DNA from: Octopus sinensis
Lineage: Eukaryota
Length of the DNA stretch: 64,000 bases
Direction of reading: 5' to 3'
Assembly: GCF_006345805.1 (NCBI RefSeq)
Contig: NC_043000.1
Span: forward strand, 65,286,001-65,350,000
Shown: one piece after another, positions 62,206 through 64,000 of the stretch
Layout of the letters: each line of letters opens with the position of its first letter
How positions within the stretch are numbered: position 1 is the stretch's first letter
Notes under the pieces: model-generated
What the model was told of the DNA's origin: nothing
The model's input: only the letters and a program-made list of their open reading frames with translations
Database searches by the model: none
Position numbers and translations under genes: made by a program

Positions 62206-63547
62206 TACATATACACATACATATATATATATATATATATACACATATAAACACATATATATACATAAACAAATATATATATACAAACATATACATACAC
62301 ACACACACACACACATATATATATACTAATACATACATATATATATATACTAATACATACATATATATATATACTTATACATATATATATATAAAGGCTA
62401 TCACAGTAATGGTAAACAAAGTAAGTAAATCACAGCCAGATTGATTGCTTAACAGCAACAATTTCTTGAATGTAGTCTATAATGTGTATGCTTCAATGTG
62501 ATGCCAGGATAGAATGACTGAGTGAATATGCTATTACACTGCTGGTTCAAATCTACGCAAGGTAGAGTTCATGCTGAATTGAAGTAGTAAATGACCAGGT
62601 AATTGCTCAAGGAGCTGTCCACTAGGGTCATGGATGTCACTTCTATATTGCTTCAGCTCTTGCTGAAGATGTAATGGCAAACTGGTGTGTGATTGTCAGG
62701 GGTGTCCAGGTTGGTGCCATCTCCATAGCACCAGGTAGGACGTTTAGGCAAAGTGAGTATGGGTGAACTTAACATGTTGCAGTCCAGGCTAACTCAGTGT
62801 CCACTGAGTCCAAATAGTCAAGGAGTTGGAGTCGGGGGTAAGAGAATCAGAGGCTAATGGTAGAGAGACAGAAGGACAGGTGAGAGAGTGTGATAGAGAA
62901 GGAGATAGGAGTGTGTGATGGATGTCGATGAATGGTAGGAGTTATGACAGTGATAAGAGAGGGAGTTGGTTTCAGTGGAGAAAGTAATGAAGAGAAAAAA
63001 GGGCAATAGACAGTAAGCAAAGATGCCTCATGGCAGGGAGAGTTAACATGATCATATTGGGTAAAGGGACCAAAGGGACCCAAATGAATATTAAACATCC
63101 TGAACTATCTCTATTTTTACTTCCTTTTTTTCTGTGTTTGCATGGATTGGGTGAGCACCCTTCAGCTTAGCATTTTTGGCCACTTTTATCAGCCTGTGTC
63201 ATTTTTGTCATGAAGTTCAGTGTTTACTTCTTGCTATATATATATATATATCACTGGCCGTTCGCCAGCCTCGGCCGTTCGCCAGCCTCGTCTGGCACCT
63301 GTGTCGGTGGCACATAAGAAAACACCATCCGAGCGTGGCCGTCTGCCAGCCTCGTCTGGCACCTGTGTCGGTGGCACATAAAATCACCCACTACACTCAG
63401 AAAGTGGTTGGCGTTAGGAAGGGCATCCAGCTGTAGAAACACTGCCAGATCTGACTGGCCTGGTGCAGCCTTCGGGCTTGCCAGACCCCAGTTGAACCGT
63501 CCAACCCATGCTAGCATGGAAAGCGGACGTTAAACGACGACGACGAT

Positions 63548-63675
63548 ACTTATACATACATATATATATACACTTATACATACATATATATATACACTTA
63601 TACATACATATATATATACATATACATACATACACATATATATACATACACATATACCTATATATACACACACAT
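63548..63675. repeat. AT/AC minisatellite (24-bp unit cttatacatacatatatatataca, about 3 copies, then degenerate)
   Basis: Direct reading. Similar compound (TA)n/(CA)n tracts at 17560-17768, 25790-25945, 39195-39370 and 62207-62395 generate most of the YI/CV-rich ORFs. Confidence 0.9.
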
Positions 63676-63845
63676 ATGGAGCAGGAGTGGCTGTGTGGAA
63701 AGTAGCTTGCTTCCCAACCATATGGTTCCAGGTTCATTCCCACTGCGTGCCATCTTGGGCAAGTGTCTTCTACTATAGCCTCGGGCCGACCAAATCCTTG
63801 TAAGTGGATTTGGTAGAAGGAAACTGTAGGAAGCCTGTCGTATAT

Positions 63846-64000
63846 ATTCGTCTTCTAGTCGTCCTCTTAGTCCTGATCCTAAAGTCACTGACTACCATTC
63901 TATGTTGTGGGGTACATTCTTCGCCTGGGAAGGTTTTGGCATTCATAAGCAGCCATCTTTCCCTTTTTCTGGCATGGATGTAGTCGATTTGGCTAGTATG
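63846..64000 (-). mobile_element. RTE LINE fragment (AP-endonuclease C-terminus), runs out of the window
   Basis: Minus strand gives SQIDYI, then frameshifted FPGEECTPQHRMVVSDFRIRTKRTTRRR. Confidence 0.8.

Noticed and set aside
61044-64000. First coding exon or promoter of GCP2
   Set aside because: No MSEF-like start exon ending in phase 2 was found; the region is filled by mariner, LINE, SINE and microsatellite sequence.
1-64000. CRISPR arrays, rRNA or true tRNA genes, intact transposases
   Set aside because: None seen. The tRNA-like boxes are SINE heads, and every transposase or RT remnant has stops or frameshifts.

Overview
AT-rich, repeat-dense eukaryotic genomic DNA. The SINE, RTE, Tc1/mariner and microsatellite landscape suggests an octopus (coleoid cephalopod); this is inference from repeat families I recall, not a database result. 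The window is almost entirely one minus-strand gene, gamma-tubulin complex component 2 (TUBGCP2/GCP2). I reconstructed 29 phase-compatible coding exons (2536 nt, about 845 codons including the stop) from 61043 down to 4462 by hand, using similarity to human GCP2 recalled from memory. The first coding exon(s), about 17 codons, were not found and probably lie beyond 64000. Two introns carry minor-spliceosome (U12) signals: an AT-AC/AT-AN intron (32225-35013) with an ambiguous 3' end, and a GT-AG intron (24578-27592) with a perfect TTCCTTGAC branch site. The introns hold decayed Tc1, mariner, pogo, hAT and piggyBac-like elements, RTE, CR1/L2-like and R4/Dong-like LINE pieces, a Gypsy integrase fragment, Helitron/Helentron-like elements, several SINE families and three hammerhead-core-like motifs in probable Penelope-like terminal repeats. 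None of the supplied ORFs is an independent gene. I found no convincing wholly new multi-gene system. The best leads are splicing-level (U12 introns, a candidate microexon, alternative 3' ends) and RNA-structure-level (foldbacks, hammerhead relics). Repeat coordinates are approximate (about +/-10-20 nt); exon coordinates were counted to the base.
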